Source: Penicillus capitatus
Taxonomy: Eukaryota > Plantae > Chlorophyta
Direction: 5' to 3'
NCBI GenBank assembly: GCA_965649825.1
Contig: OZ287711.1
Location: 169,201-233,200 of the forward strand
Length of the DNA stretch: 64,000 nucleotides
A program made the translations under genes and the position numbers. Shown here in pieces: positions 36,110 through 50,700 of the stretch (positions within the stretch are counted from its first letter, which is position 1; every line of letters starts with the position of its first letter). The notes beneath the pieces are model-generated. The model did not search any database, was not told where the DNA came from, and saw only the letters and a program-made list of their open reading frames with translations.

Positions 36110-37327
36110 TCATCCTGTAATCATCGTTCCGACGCCCTGGTCCGTGAGCAACTCCATCAGAAGCGAATGCGGCTGGCGCCCGTCGATGATATGCGTGGCA
36201 CGGACGCCCTGCGCCAGGCAACGGATACAGCACTCGACTTTGGGAATCATTCCGCCGGCAATGATCCCGTGATGAATCTCCGCACGCGTCTTCTGGATGT
36301 CGAGGATCCGAATCAGCGAATCGGCGTCGTCGCGATCGCGCAGCACCCCAGGGACGTCCGTCATCAACACGAGCTTCTCCGCCTGCAGCGCCGCCGCGAT
36401 CTGCCCACGGGACACACACCCGGATGGTCTCGCATCCGCGATAGGAGATTCCGGACCTCGCCTGCCGCGGTGTCGGCGTTGACGTTCAGCGCGTCGCCCG
36501 TTTTGCTCGTTGCGATGGTGGCGACGACCGGAATGTAGCTCCCCTCGATGACGGTGTTCAGAAGCTGCGTGTCGATCCCAATGACTTCTCCGGTGAATCC
36601 GAGCTTGCCTCCGAGCATCGGCCGGGCGATGATCAGATTCCCGTCCTTTCCGCAGAGGCCGACGGCCTTTCCGCCAGACTGCTCGATCAACGACACCAGC
36701 GATTTGTTGACCCGTCCACCGAGCACCATCTCCACCACTTCCATCGTCTCGCCTGTCGCATCACCCCCGTCGACCACATGCTTTTAGACACGCGGCGTCT
36801 GACGGTCGGTGACGCGAATGCCGTTGTGGAAGACGGGCTCGATGTTGAGCTTCGACAGCCAGGTGTTGATCTCGGGCCCGCCGCCGTGGACCAAGACAGG
36901 ACGCACGCCGACACACGACAGCAGGACGAGGTCCTTAATCACGCCTTCCTGTGACAGCCCGTCAAGACCACGCACGTCCTTTCATCAAGGGATGTATGTC
37001 ACACTTTCAGAGAAGCGTCCTTCATTGCCGCGCCGCCGTACTTCACCACGATCGTCTTCTGTGCAAAGCGCTGGAGATAGGGCAGCGCTTCGGAGAGCAC
37101 CGTCACGCGTTGCAGGTCGGACAACTCCGACACCGCCTGTACATCCGCCACAGCGTCGTCTCTCGGCGGCGGGCGAAGGACAGACAGACCTCCATCAGCG
37201 AGGCTCGAATGACGCGGCGTCGTCCTTTGGGTCGGACGGAACGCGAAGGGCGTTGCGGACGGCGTGGGACGACGCCGCTGAGACGTCGCCCCGTCGTGCC
37301 CTTCATCTGCAGCAACGCCCGCGGCAT
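36110..37327 (-). CDS. NAGK: Plastid N-acetylglutamate kinase, multi-exon
   Basis: Transit-like [10 protein letters not shown]..., intron, then [11 protein letters not shown]...VVKYGGAAM; VHGGGPEIN; [10 protein letters not shown]; GGMIPKV.CC; ends GVGTMITG*. Confidence 0.93.
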
Positions 37328-37370
37328 GTCTCATTATCGAACCATTACCGTCAGCCTTCGCCTTGTGAAG

Positions 37371-37735
37371 ATGGACACGGGAAAGAGCTTCTCCAAGAAG
37401 ACACTCTCGCGCGAGCCCATTGAGCGCATTCAAGTAGCACCCACCCGCCTGTCTGCCGTCGCCCGCGTCTCACATGGCGGCTGCGCTTTGACCTGCAGAA
37501 GATTCAGGCCGAGATGCAGGCGAACCTCAAGAAGAACGGCGGGGCGATTCATCTCGTCGGACGGTAAGGCGACGCAGTCCTATGGGCATCGATGATCGTG
37601 TCTGTGCTGTGGCGGCGCGGTAGCTATGACCACATCACGAGTCGTTTGATTCCTGGGACGATGCTGGCGCTGTCGGTGCCCATGATCGGCTACTGTTTCT
37701 ACGTCCTTGCCACACAGAATGCGCCCAACAGCTAG
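37371..37735 (+). CDS. Small protein similar to plant cytochrome c oxidase subunit VIIa (3 exons, ~80 aa)
   Basis: Spliced product [28 protein letters not shown]...[34 protein letters not shown], with the plant COX7a-like motif YL.G.YD.ITS..IP and one TM helix. Confidence 0.65.
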
Positions 37736-37999
37736 ATTTTACACGGAGACGCTGTTTGTGGCCAGACTCATCCCCTCAGATTCTGTAAAATCGAGGATCT
37801 GAAGCGCCAGTCCCATTTTAACGGTAGCGTCCAAACGCAGACGCGCGGTCCAATCCGATAGACCTCCTTCTTAAGATACAAATGAATAACGAGTCCATCG
37901 ACGGATACACCTGTCCATTCCAAAAACTCAAAACAAGGATCGGTACCCATCCAAAACTGTGTGACAGTGGGTGCGTTGTGTTTTGCGGTTTGGCTGTCT

Positions 38000-39606
38000 T
38001 CATTCGGCAGACAGCTCGGACGCAGCTTCGCGCAGATCTTTGCTGACGACGTTGTTGACGCGATGGACGCCAACTTCGTTATCAAAGAGCTCGGATGTGT
38101 CCTGGATCCGCTTGTCTAACGTCACATCATTTCGCACGCCGTCTTCGAAGCGTTCGGCCGACGGCGGCGTCTTCGAAACGCTCAATCGATCGGCCGTTTT
38201 CAGAATCTTGGCCACCGAGAGGACAGCCGAGAGCAGCGTTCCAGCTGAGAGCGTATGACACGGCAGTTCCTTCTGATGCAGATGATCGCCCAGACGCACC
38301 GAAATCTACGGAACGCACAAGCTGCCACATCACCCAGCGATGCCTCTCGTCCATACCACAGGCGCATCGACAGATCCGGAGACGATATCTGGCAATGCTG
38401 TCTCCTCATCATACAACACCAGAACGACACTCGCCTGGGCAACACCTAAAACCGTGCAAAAGCGTCAGACCCACGCGTCCCAGTGCGAAACTCGATGCCG
38501 GACGGACTCTTCATGCGTTCGACGATGTCGGATAGATACGTGACCGATAGTGAGGGGATCTGGAAAGTGTAGCAGCCCAGGAACTCGGCCATGATATGCA
38601 GTTGCTCCATTGCCGCCGCCGGGATGGAGATGTCGGAGATGATGCCGAAGGAGTCCACGACAAGGGACAAATGCTCGCCTCCTGCGCTGTAGTGTGTGCA
38701 CAAGGATAGACACTCCCGAATAACAGCACCATGATTGTCGGTTACTTCTTTGACGGGAATGTCCCTGAAGACGCAGATGGTCTTTCGCATCACTTTCGTC
38801 ATTCCGGCTCTGTTCATTCTCTTCTGTTTTATTGAACGCCGTCGCAATTTTTCGGATGAGCGATCTCTCCGGGCGAGTCAAGCATCTTCCTATCACTGAA
38901 CGGAGGACACAGCTTTCGGCGACAGTTTGGCGTCCGAGTGAATCGCTGCCGGACGAAGTTTCTCTGTTTCCGCTGCCAAGAAGCCCGAGATATCCGCGTA
39001 GATGAACTCCGCGTCTTTTCTCGATCGGAAAGGACGTGAACGCGATAACGCAGAGCACTCTGTGGCAGATCGGCCTTTCCTCGTATCGCTTCTTCCGGAT
39101 TGCAGAAACCCCTGCAGAGTGGAACCGTCCTTCTCCTCGAAAACGGTCCAATGCGTTCGAGAATTCTTATTGCGAATGTCTCTCCTGCTCAAGCACGCAG
39201 ATCTCCTCGGAGTTTCCCTGTGAAGAAAGTTGCAACCCAGAACTGGACAAAAAACACCGCACCTCTGCTCAAGCGAGGACCAAAGTGCGGGAGCTACGCC
39301 ATTCTGTCGGCAGAAAAAGCTGCCGAGTCGAATCAACCGAGGCCAAGTTCTTGGCAGTCGTGCACCTCGGCAAACGCGACTTGATACGCGGAGCTGGTTT
39401 ACGGTCGAATTCTAGAGAGAATAGACCAATCTACCGAAACGAAGAGGAGACGTGAGTGAGGGAAACGTCCTGGCGACGCTCAAAGCATCCCACATCTGTC
39501 GAACGCGGTGTTTAAACATGCGACCTCGGCCGACTTCGTCACCTTCAAAGCTAGGTAGACGCTGAATTGAGTTGGAAGCGATGTACAAATCGCCGGTCGG
39601 CCACAC
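38000..39606 (-). CDS. Hypothetical multi-exon protein; exon structure uncertain
   Basis: Consecutive minus-strand open frames (39412-39606, 38893-39336, 38446-38847, 38000-38299) with GT-AG-like gaps; no family recognised. Confidence 0.4.
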
Positions 39607-40659
39607 AGCAAAAACGAAATCGGCAAATGACTCACAAGTGTTCGAAGTAAGGTTTTCAATGGTCCAGAGTGCCCATTATACACTCGCGCGATGACGTGAT
39701 TTTCTACGCAGATGGGTCATTACGTCGTCGGAGCCGGAGTGTGAAGCCAAGCATTGATGACGAATGATACATCTGTCACGTCTCCCGATCACACGCATAT
39801 TAGTCGTCCCTCCAATCCGGAGAGTATATTAATCGCGATGGAACGGACAAGGAGTCTTTGTAAGACACACGTGTGTTTTTTCAAACTGTGTGCGTTATGT
39901 ACGACTCAGAAGAAAGCGTCCCTTGAAGTTCAGGAAGCCCTTCTAACAAGACAGCAAGCGTCCCTTTAACCATGTGCCCCTTCCACAATAAGACGGTCTC
40001 ATCGCCATGAAAATCTTGGCGACAAGTCAGTCTCCGGGTCTTGTGGCAAGGTTGAGAACATGCAGCTCAGATGGTACAGCTTGAATAGTTGGTAGCCAGC
40101 TCGACGGTGCATGTCGTCGACTACGTTTGTCCCCTCGAAGCCTCTCTTTTGGTAGGATGCCCAATCCGCATCTGCGACCGGCGTTGATGTACAGATCCCC
40201 GTCAATACGCCTCCAGCGGACATCGGCGAACGTACACACTAGAGACGTGCATCATAGCGGCGCGTACGGATGTGTCATGAGGTGTCGGGAATCTTGTAAT
40301 AACTTGGATAACTTGGAGTCGAGACTCGGCGCATACGACGACGAAAGCAGTCGGATTTCAGACACAAGGAAATCGAGATATCTTACATGAGGACCGCCAT
40401 CGTTAAATACCCAGGATGGTTGTGTGTTCCCTAACTTTGACACCTAACAGTCGAGAACTTCAAATATGTTCAAGAACCCATCTCCCTACCGTTATTTGAA
40501 AGTTATGTTTGGGAGCCGACACCCGTCGCGACCGATGGTCAGTGCGCCAGGGTGGTCAAAACAGGGCTCAACTGCTCTCTATGGTTACACAGAACGGTTC
40601 TACTACCTTATCTCTTGAATGGGGCTTACTTTCTCAGCGACGTTCTGAAGACGGCAAGT

Positions 40660-41360
40660 GGCATGATTCTCCATGGTAAGAAGTTCGAGTTTAACATCGG
40701 CGAATGCCTCGTGATGTTCTTGGAAACTAAACGCAAAGACAGGCTAACTCAGATAGAAGCCACGAATCTTTTGATGACATATGGATTACGCAATCGGCAC
40801 GATGCGCCTATTGAAGCAAATCGAAGGTGCCAATGCGCAGAAGAACAAAGAAAACCAGCTGCTGGCGTCACGACTCAGTGCCGAAGTGACAGAGTCCTCT
40901 CCTGCAATACACTCGGTCTCTATCCGAGATGTCGTCCTCCAATTAGGTAACTGCATTGTGTCTCACACATACTTCGCTTAGAGACAGACAGAGTCTGCAT
41001 CCAGAGAGATACACTGCCGATCACAGCGAAACGGATGCTGAGACGTTCTGTCTGGTCTTCGGCAACAGATGGCCAAGGTGACATTCGGCCGCGGAAGACA
41101 GCGATCAAAGTACGATAGCGTTCATGAACGCACTCGAAGACTGTTGCAGCGTAGTTTATGCTTTACGCGCTATAGATCCTGAAAACTGTCTGATCTCTGG
41201 CAAAGCTCTCATGATGGTATGGCCATATCTTGGTCCTTTTGTGTCTATCTATGTTGTAGTGTTTGCCACGAAATGTCCGCCTGCAACGCATCCACTGCAA
41301 TTCGATGAGTGCGACTGCCATCCAATGTACCTCACACACTTCTCGCAAGAATAAGAGCAC
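40660..41360 (+). pseudogene. Possible degenerate gene fragment
   Basis: Protein-like frames (MILHGKKFEFNIGECLVMFLETKRK...; ...AFMNALEDCCSVVYALRAIDPENCLISGKALMM) with an in-frame TGA; unidentified. Confidence 0.25.
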
Positions 41361-41758
41361 GTCTGGGCTTGTCAAACGATTCTCGATGCGCTTCACACAT
41401 CTCGGCAACTGTTTGCTCGAAGCCCGCTCGCTGCCGACTGTAGTAGGACGTCTGCCTGCTTCGCTTGCGTTCGATGAGGCACAATTAAACAAGCCAGTAA
41501 GGTAGATCCTTAAATTTGTTTCTAGATAATTCTGTGCCATCGTTACTTCTTTCTGAATTCGATGCAATGGCTTTCTTTCCATTCAAAAGCATCCGAAAGA
41601 GTACGTAGTTCAAGCAAACAAAAAACAAACAGGGAATGTAAGTCCAAACGGGACTGGACTTCTTGAACACAAACATCGACTAAAGAGTTGCAAGAGCAAC
41701 GACTTCAAGGAGCAATGTGCTCTGCTGACAATAGAGCAGTTGAGTTGTTTTGACAAAA

Positions 41759-44700
41759 TTAAGAGATCTGTGTTGAATCTCCGTCGTGGTGATCTCCGTG
41801 GTCGCCGTGATCGCGACCGCTTGAGTAGTGTGTGTAAGCATGGGTTTGCGTCTGGGCTGTGTCGAAGTAGTGCTGATCGCCAGACGTCTTGGATCCGTAG
41901 GAATGGTAGGACGCCTTGGATCCTGCTGTCCTTGTGCTTCTATAACGTTCTGCATACGAGCGGCGAGACGAGGTCGATTCTCCAGACCCTCCGTGTCCTT
42001 CCTCTCCCGATTTCGGTTTGCCTTCTCCCTTGTGTTTGCCGCCAGATTTCTTGGCATGCGTCTCTGTCGTTTGCGCCGCCGCCGCCTTTGGCTTCGTCTC
42101 ACGGTACTCGGGTTTCAACTCGACTTTGAATTCCGAAGCTGGTCTGTCAAACAACGCCGCCGTTTTCTTGACGTATGGAGTGGTTGTCTCGGTCTTCGTC
42201 AGATCGACAGCCGCCCGATGGCGCTTGGTCTCGGATTTCTCTGCGGCATGTTCCAGAGCCGTTGTATGAGTGGTCTCTGCCGATGGATAGTCCTCGTGGC
42301 CTTTCTCTGATCGCTTCGAGTGTTTTGCTTCTTTATGACCATGAGGTGTCTCCACGGCCACCACTACTGGAGCTTCGCGCTTGCCACCGCGTCCGCTCTT
42401 CGTTTTCTTCGATGGAATGTGCGTCGCTGTCGCCTTCTTGCCCTTTTCTTGCGCTTTGACTGGCGTCTTATGGTACTCGGCTTCGATAGCCTTGAGCACC
42501 TCTGTTTCCGTCGGAGCCTTGGTTTGGTGTTTGATGGCCTCGCCGCGGCCCTTTGCGGCGGCTGCGACTTCTGCCGAGACGGTAGCGGTTTCTGCGGGAC
42601 GTGAGCCTTTCTGGCGCTTTTCTCTACGTGGCTTGGCAGTCGTCTCTGTTTCGCCTTTGGGTTTCGACTTGACAGCTGTGGACGAAAGCTTTGCTGGGGT
42701 AGGCAGCTCTTTCGCTGCAGTTTCGGCGGCAGAAGGCGTCTTGTCGCCCTTCTTGCCTTTGCCTGATCCCCATTGACCACCACCGCGCCAGATTCCTGTT
42801 ACAACAAAGAAAAATGAGTGAGACGAGCGTCGATTTGCTACACAACGCACCTCCACTGCTCCAGACACTCTTTTTCTTCTTCGCGCCAGGGGTTCCAGCG
42901 CCGATACCTCCGCCGCCGCCTCCACCGCCGCCAGAACCGCCACCTCCTCCTCCGCTAATGTCGCCTGCTCCATGACCAGATCCTTCTGTACCGCCTCCAC
43001 CTCCACCGCCGCCAACGGATCCACCTCCACCACCAGCGCCAGCTGCAAAACAGAGAGTGAGATTGCTGAATGTATCGATTGAGAGAATCTTACATCCTTT
43101 TCGTTTACTGATACCGATTCCAGATCCGCCAGAGCCATGACCTGCTCCCATCCCGTAAGCTGCTGTAGTTCCACCGCCGCCTCCGGCAACGCAATCGTGA
43201 CAGGAGACTCTTAATCCTCCGGAACCTCGTCCAACAGCATGATCACCAGCACCACCGCCGCCTCCACCGATATCTCCACCACCACCTCCGCCACCGCCAC
43301 CGCCTCCACCAGATCCTCCTCCGCCGACAATGGTTCCGACACCTTCTCCGGCACCCAATTTTCCACCGCCTCCACCGCCGCCTCCACCTCCATCTTCCTT
43401 ATCATCGCAATCGATATCAGCGCCGCCACCACCACCTCCGCCGCCACCGCCATGACGACGACTGTAGCCAATGCCTTCACCTCCAGCGAACTCGCCAGCT
43501 CCTTGTCCTGTGCATCACAAAAGCTGTTTATGCGTTTTCGTTGTCTGCTGTTCGGCGCACCTCGTCCTCGAGCGCCAAAACCTGCACCTCCTCCTCCGCC
43601 ACCTGATGTTCCACCACCACCTCCAGCGCCTCCACCTCCTCCGCCACTTCCACCACCACCTTCAATGTCTCCTCCTGCTGTGCCGCCACCAATGGCGCCA
43701 CCGCCTCCTCCTCCACCGCCTCCAGAGACGCCTTCTTCTGTCATATTACCAGCACCACCTCCTCCGCCACCTCCACCAGTGGAGTCTTCCATCGTTTCGC
43801 CATAACCATAGCCGACTTCGTATCCTTCGATGCCAGATCCTCCAGTACCTGAACACATCACGTGTCTCTCTCCTGTCGCAGCTACAGCATCGAATTACCG
43901 AAACCGAAGCCTGAATCGCCAGAAGCACCGCCACCGCCACCACCTCCAGTACCACCACCTCCGCCGCCGCCTCCACTTCCGTCGACAGAATCGCCTCCGC
44001 CTTCTCCACCACCACCGAAAGAGTCGCCTCCTCCGGATCCAATGCCGACTTTCGTGCCAACGCCTCCGCCTCCACCACCTCCGCTGATGACGTCTTCCAT
44101 CCTACTCTTGCCTCCGCCGCCACCGCCGCCGCCACCGCCTAAGAATGGACAACATCAGCCATCTCGATCAAAGGTCGAGCAGGATTACCGATGGCCGTTG
44201 CGTTCGGTGACTGTCCGCCAGTTCCTCCACCGCCAGCTCCTTTCTCATCCATGCCGATGCCACTGCCGCTTCCAGCAATTCCAACAGAGCCACCACCACC
44301 TCCACCTGCGAACCGTGTAACAAAGCTTAGCATCATACATCATCCAAGGCCCTTGCTTTACCTCTAGCGCCTCCACCGCCGCCGGCGGCGCCCGTTCCAG
44401 TCTCTTCCTTCTTGGCACTGGTCGTGATGCCTCCGCTACCTCCACCTCCGGTACTGTCTCCTCCACCTTCGCCAAAGCCTTGATGGATTCCACCTCCACC
44501 TCCACCTCCGCCTCCGAAGCAGATACTGGCACCGCCACCGCCACCACCAGAGCTCGATTCATCGCCACCTCCACCTCCGCCGCCACCTCCTTCAGAGCAT
44601 TGGCAGATGCAGGTCTTGGGAAGCGGCCTGTGCTTCGGCGGTTTGACACAAGGGTCTGATCGTCTACAAGCGCAGTGCTTGCATCTCTCCAGAGGTTCCG

Positions 44701-47700
44701 GAGCGACAGTTGATCCATAAACACCCTCCTCCAGCTCACCAGGACGTTCCGGTGGTTCAGATTCGATGGTGGCTCGCATCGGACGATGCACAAGTTTTGG
44801 AGATGTCGAGACCTCTGGCTGTTTTTTGCCTTTTCCCCGATGCTCCTCTTCCCACTCTTTGGACGACATAACATGGATTCCATACTTCCATTTCTCTGCC
44901 GTTGTCCACTGGAATTCTTCACCCACTGTGCCGAATCCTTCGCCGTACTCATGAATACCAGAAAGGTCGCCGATGTCGCCGATCTCTTCTCCGCCGAAGA
45001 TTTCGGGATGCGTCGTCGTAATCTCTGTCGCTATCACCTTGGGAGGATGCACATAGACCTTTGTCTCCTCGGGCTCTTTTGACTCTAGAGGCGGACTGGG
45101 GCGCGGAGTACCGAACCCACCTCCACTACCGGGCCCTCTTCCGGGGACGTCTTCGCGAGGACCGCCATGACCATACGGTGGCGAGCCTTCGGGCGTCGCG
45201 GGTACATGCGGTCGAGAGGGACCGCCTCCTCCAGGAGCATCTGGTTTCTTAGGCTCATCCTCCTTTGTCTGTTTTTTCGGAGGCGCCGATTCGGTCACTG
45301 TACGTGGCTCTTTGCAGGCATCTTCTCCAAAAGGATAATACGCCACGCGGTCTTCGCTCGGGATCGGTTTTTCTTTTGGATGATAGGTCGACTTCATCCA
45401 GCACCTTCCTGTTTTCTCTTCGAAGACCCAGGCATGACACTCTAAGGACAGAAACCGTCAAGGGGGAAGAGTCGAGCAATGACCTACTCGATGTGACATT
45501 GCAGGCTCTGCAGCAATCGCAAACGCTTTGCACGAAGAAAGGCCGACCACCGACATCCTCGCCAGGAAGATCGTAACCTGCCTTGAACAGGCACATGTCT
45601 TTCACTTTCTTTCGCCCGCCAGGTTCAATGCACTCGATCGATTCGTTGAGAGGTGTGCTCTTCACGGGCGGAGGAGACGGCGGAAGAGGTTTGGGCGAAT
45701 AAGAGATCTTCGGATAAAGTTTGGGCGAATAAGAGATCTTCGGAATAGGTATGGGCGAGGTAGGGGGGAGGGACTTAACAAGCGGTTCGGGCATAAGAGA
45801 TGGGGCGAACGAGGGGGAAGGTATCGGTGAGGGAGGAGGCGGGGAGGGGGAAGGTATCGGTGAGGGAGGAGGCGGGGAGGGGGAAGGCGGTTTGTGCATT
45901 CCTCCGCCTCCAGGGGTGTCCTTCTCGTGCTCTGTCCCTATGTCTCGGTCCGTGCGAGGCGGCTTATCTTCTTCCTTTTTCGGTGGAACGTAAGGTCTGT
46001 CTTTTCCTTCCTCTCCAGTAAATGTCTCCTCCTTGATTTCGGTTACCACCTTTTTGATGGTGCAGTATCTTCCAGCTGGACTGTAAGCAATACAGTCGTC
46101 ACAACGGATCAGCTTGAAACCAAAGTCGACAGCAGCTTTCAGATAGCACTCCTCCGATTTACTCTTCCACACCCATGACTGGCAACCTAACACAAATCAC
46201 ACGTTCGGAACATTCTTTACGGATCCGCCGCCACACCGTCGTATACACTGCACGCCTGGCAGCATGCGAAAGCGGATGGCTTTTGCACAGGCTTCTCGAG
46301 CATATCGTGTTCGGCCGGTTGGTCGTAGCCTTCGATGTACGTGCATTGGTCGGTGATACTTCCACTCGAGTATTGCCACGTGGCATCTTTTCCCACAGAC
46401 AGCACCGGCTCCGTTTCTTTCTCTCGCTTCTCGGTACCCGGTTTCTTTTCGTGCCCAAAAGTATACGCCACACCCGTTTTTTCGTAGGCCACGCAGTCGT
46501 CGCAAGGCGCCCGTGATCCATCGCTGTAGTACTTGCTCTTCAAATAGCACTCGCGCGATTTGTAACGCCAGACCCAAGATACACACACTGTGCGAAAACC
46601 ACAGCCACGTGAACAGCAGCTGCATAACAGAGGCAGACGTACGTTCATGTTCGGCGCAGGCGTTGCAGCAGAGAAAAGCGTCGTCCACATAGAGCGGCTC
46701 GGGCAGAAGATCATACTCCGTCGGTTGATCCTTGCCAACGTTATACGTGCACTGAACCGTTGCCACTTCCTTTGCGATGAGTTTGCCTCCTTCTTGATAC
46801 CGACGCGAGGGAGGCACCGTCTCATGTTTGCGCCAGTGCAGAGCGTGGTCTCCACTTGGCTTGTACGCCACGCAATCGTCGCAAGGAATCTGGCTCTCCG
46901 CTTCGACATACTCTCGCTTCAGATAACATTTATGCAGGTTCGCTCTCCAGACCCACGACTTGCACTCTGCAAAACGCACGGTTTGAGCAACGACGTTCAG
47001 AGGATAGCGAAATCGAACGTGGATTCTTGTTGCAGGCGGCACAGCATTTTCCGCCGTCATCCAGAATCAAAGGCCGAGTCAGCAGGTCGTACTTCTTTGG
47101 CTGATCGTGTCCTTCGGTATACGTGCAGACGTCTGTCTCCGTCGTCTTCTTCCATTCCGACTCTTCGCCGTATCGCTTGCTGGACCATTTCGTAAAAGGC
47201 GTCGTCGATGTGAAGAGGATCTTGCGGTAGATCTTGGTGCTCGGCTTTTGAAACGTATACATTTTACTCGTCTTCGAAAACGACAAGCAGTCTTGGCATC
47301 CCGCCACCTTACGACGCTCATCATACTTATCTTTGAGGAAGCACTCGTGCGTGGAACGCTTGAAGACCCACGACATACAATCTGCATCGAATGATCAAGC
47401 ACAAGAGAGTCGTCAAAGAAATGCGATTACCGTCGCGCTTCGCACATTCGTTGCAGCACAAGAAGGAGAACTGAACGATCAAAGGCTTGTCCAGGATGTC
47501 GAATTCGGCTGGCTGATCGTAGCCCTCTTCTAACGTACAGAGTCTCTCTGCCGTCGTCTTTGGCATCCAGATGCCATCCGCAGGACCAGCCCAGGAGAGA
47601 TCTTTGTGTGCTGGCGGCGATTCTTTCTTTCGCGGAGCCAGATCTTTTGTCCCCTCGACTTTTTTGAGGAAGTACGATCCCTTTGGCGAGTAAGCCACGC

Positions 47701-50700
47701 AGTCGTCGCAAGGAATCTTGCTCTTGTCGGCATCGTATGCCTTCTTCAAGAAACAGTCGTGCGACTTGGCCTTCCACACCCATGATTTGCACACTACGAC
47801 GGCATTGAATACAGTTAGGTGTGCTCAGCGCAAGGTAAGCAAACTTACTGTCGTTTTCGCTGCAAGCCTGGCAGCACTCGTAGGACGATTCCAGATGCAA
47901 AGGCTTATCCAGAAGATCGTATTCCTTAGGCTGGTCATGTCCGACAGTAAAGGTGCAGACTTCACCTCCAGACGTCTCGCCCCACATTCCGCCGAAGGTT
48001 GTTTTGGACCAGCCTTCCATAGATCCCGGGATAAATTTGATGATGATTTCAACCGTTTTCTCGACCGTTTTCTCTGTGACAACTGTTTTGGAGCCGCCAA
48101 TAGTTTCTGTGCCAATAGCCTCCCCAGCAATTGCTGCAACATCTTCAATCTCCTCCTTACCAATACCTTCTTCGTCTTCTTTTTTAGTGACGGTGACCTC
48201 TTCCTTGCCGAAGCCTTCCTCGTCTTCTTCTTTGGTGACGGTGACCTCTTCCTTGCCGAAGCCTTCCTCGTCTTCTTCTTTGGTGACGGTGACCTCCTCC
48301 TTGCCGAAGCCTTCCTCGTCTTCTTCTTTGGTGACGGTGACCTCCTCCTTGCCGAAGCCTTCTTCGTCTTCTTCTTTGGTGACGGTGACCTCCTCCTTGC
48401 CGAAGCCTTCTTCGTCTTCTTCTTTGGTGACGGTGACCTCCTCCTTGCCGAAGCCTTCTTCCACCACTTCTTTGGTGACTGTCTTCTTAATAACAGTCTC
48501 CTCAGTTTTTTCCTCTTCTGCCTTTCGGCGTGCCTCCTCTTCCGCTTTGCGCCGTGCCTCCTCTTCTGCCTTTCGGCGCGCCTCCTCTTCCGCTTTGCGC
48601 CGTGCCTCCTCTTCTGCCTTTCGGCGCGCCTCCTCTTCCAACTCCGCCTCCCTTTTAGAGTAAGTCATGACCATATCACTGGAATCGTCATATGATTTGC
48701 AGTCGGCACAGGGAGTCTTCTTGCTCCTATCATAGCGATCCTTTAAGTAGCACTCTCCCGTCTTTGATTTGAACACCCAAGACCTGCAGTCTACACACAG
48801 CGATCACTCAGAACTGTCCAAACGACAGCACTCTTACCTTCGTATTCGGAGCATTTGTAACAACAGTGTCCTGCAGACGTTGCAGTAAGGGGCTTATCGA
48901 GAATGTCGTCCGATGGGTAATCATATCCTGACTCGACTCGGCACAAGATTACGCCTTCGCGGTGACTGTGAGAATACGGAAGCTGATCATGTTTCTCAAC
49001 ACCTCCCGATCCACCTCCTCTTTCTAGATCTTCCTCCTCGGTACTCTTAGAGACCTCTTTCAAGTACGTCGTTCCAGCTTTGCTGAAAGCCACGCAGTCT
49101 TTGCAAGGTGTGTCACCCTCCGATGGGACGTATTCGCTCTTTAGATCACAGCTGCCGTGCGTAGACTTCCAAACCCATGATTTGCATTCTAGACAGGCAG
49201 GATTCAGATATGGGGAGATGGCGCAAGTGCAGACCATCGTTTTCATTGCAGGCGTGGCAACATTCGAATGCAGTAGGGAAGAATAGCTGTTTGCCAAGGT
49301 TGTACTTTTTCGGTTGATCGAAGCCGACGACGAAACGACACTGTTCAGAACCGGTCGCTTCAGCCCAGCTGCCGCCGCCGAATGTCTGGGTCGTCCACGA
49401 CTTGGTCGAGGTTGTGATAATCTTCGTCACGGTGGCGATCTTCTGAAAGACAAAGGCATGGCTGTCTTCATCGTACGCAATACAATCGGCACACGGCGTC
49501 TTCTTGTCTTTATCGTATTTGTTTTTGAGGAAGCACTCGTGATCTTTCGTTTTGAACACCCAGGAGACACAGTCTAGAAAAAGAAAACACCATCCGTCAG
49601 TAGGGAGATAGAAATCTCAGAGGATACCATTGTCCTTGGCGCATTCGTTGCAGCACTGGAAGGAGAATTGGAGTTTGATCGGGCGTTTGCGGATGTTGTA
49701 CTCAGCAGGTTGATCATATCCTTTAGATACCTTGCAGGTCTTCGCCGCCACCTCCTTCGGCATCCAGATGCCGGTTTCGGAAGCCCAGGAGAGATCTTTC
49801 TCCTTTTGCCTCCCAGCGCCTAGCATGTCCGAAGAGAACTTTTCGGTCAGATAGTATCCGCCGCCTTCGCTATAGCCAACACAGTCATCACAGGAAGACA
49901 TCTTCGATTCGTCATAGGCATTCTTCAGATAGCAGGATCCGTGTGTCGATCTCCACACCCACGACTTACACTCTAGAACCATCGAGCATTGTATAGCGAA
50001 CGATTGGACAGGTGGCCTCTTACGGGGATTCTTGCTGCAAGCTTTGCAGCAGGCGAACGGCGTCTTGCGATAGAGTGGCTTGGAATGGATGTTGTATTCC
50101 TTTGCCTGGTCTTTACCGATAGTAAAACGGCAGGACTCCGAGCCAGTTGCCTTTGCCCAGCCGCCGCCGCCGAAGGTGTACATTGTCCAGCCACTACTGG
50201 TCGTGACAATCTTCGTTGTCACTGTTGCCTTCGTCTGGTAGACATAGGATCGGCTACTCGCATCATAGGCAATGCAGTCATCGCAAGGCGTCTTCTTATC
50301 TTTATCGTATTTGTTTTTGAGGAAGCATTCCTTCGTTTTCGTTTTGAACACCCATGACTTGCACTCTGGAAACACATAACACATCACAAGAAAACAAAGC
50401 AAGATGTTACGTACCGTTCTCTTTAGCACATTCGTTGCAGCACTGAAACGATAGGTGAAGCACAAGTGGCTTGCTGTGAATGTTGTACTCGGCAGGTTGA
50501 TCAAATCCTTTAGATACTTTGCAGGTCTTCGCCGCCACCTCCTTCGGCATCCAGATGCCTGTTTCGGAAGCCCAGGAGAGATCCTTCTCCTGTGTTCTGC
50601 CGGCGCCTAGCATGTCCGAAGAGAACTTTTCGGTCAGATAGTATCCGCCGCCTTCGCTATAGCCAACACAGTCATCACAGGAAGACATCTTCGATTCATC

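Noticed and set aside
43239-44320. Pro-rich extensin-like ORFs on the plus strand
   Set aside because: Antisense shadows of the poly-Gly exons; the splice signals and the continuous gene model are on the minus strand.
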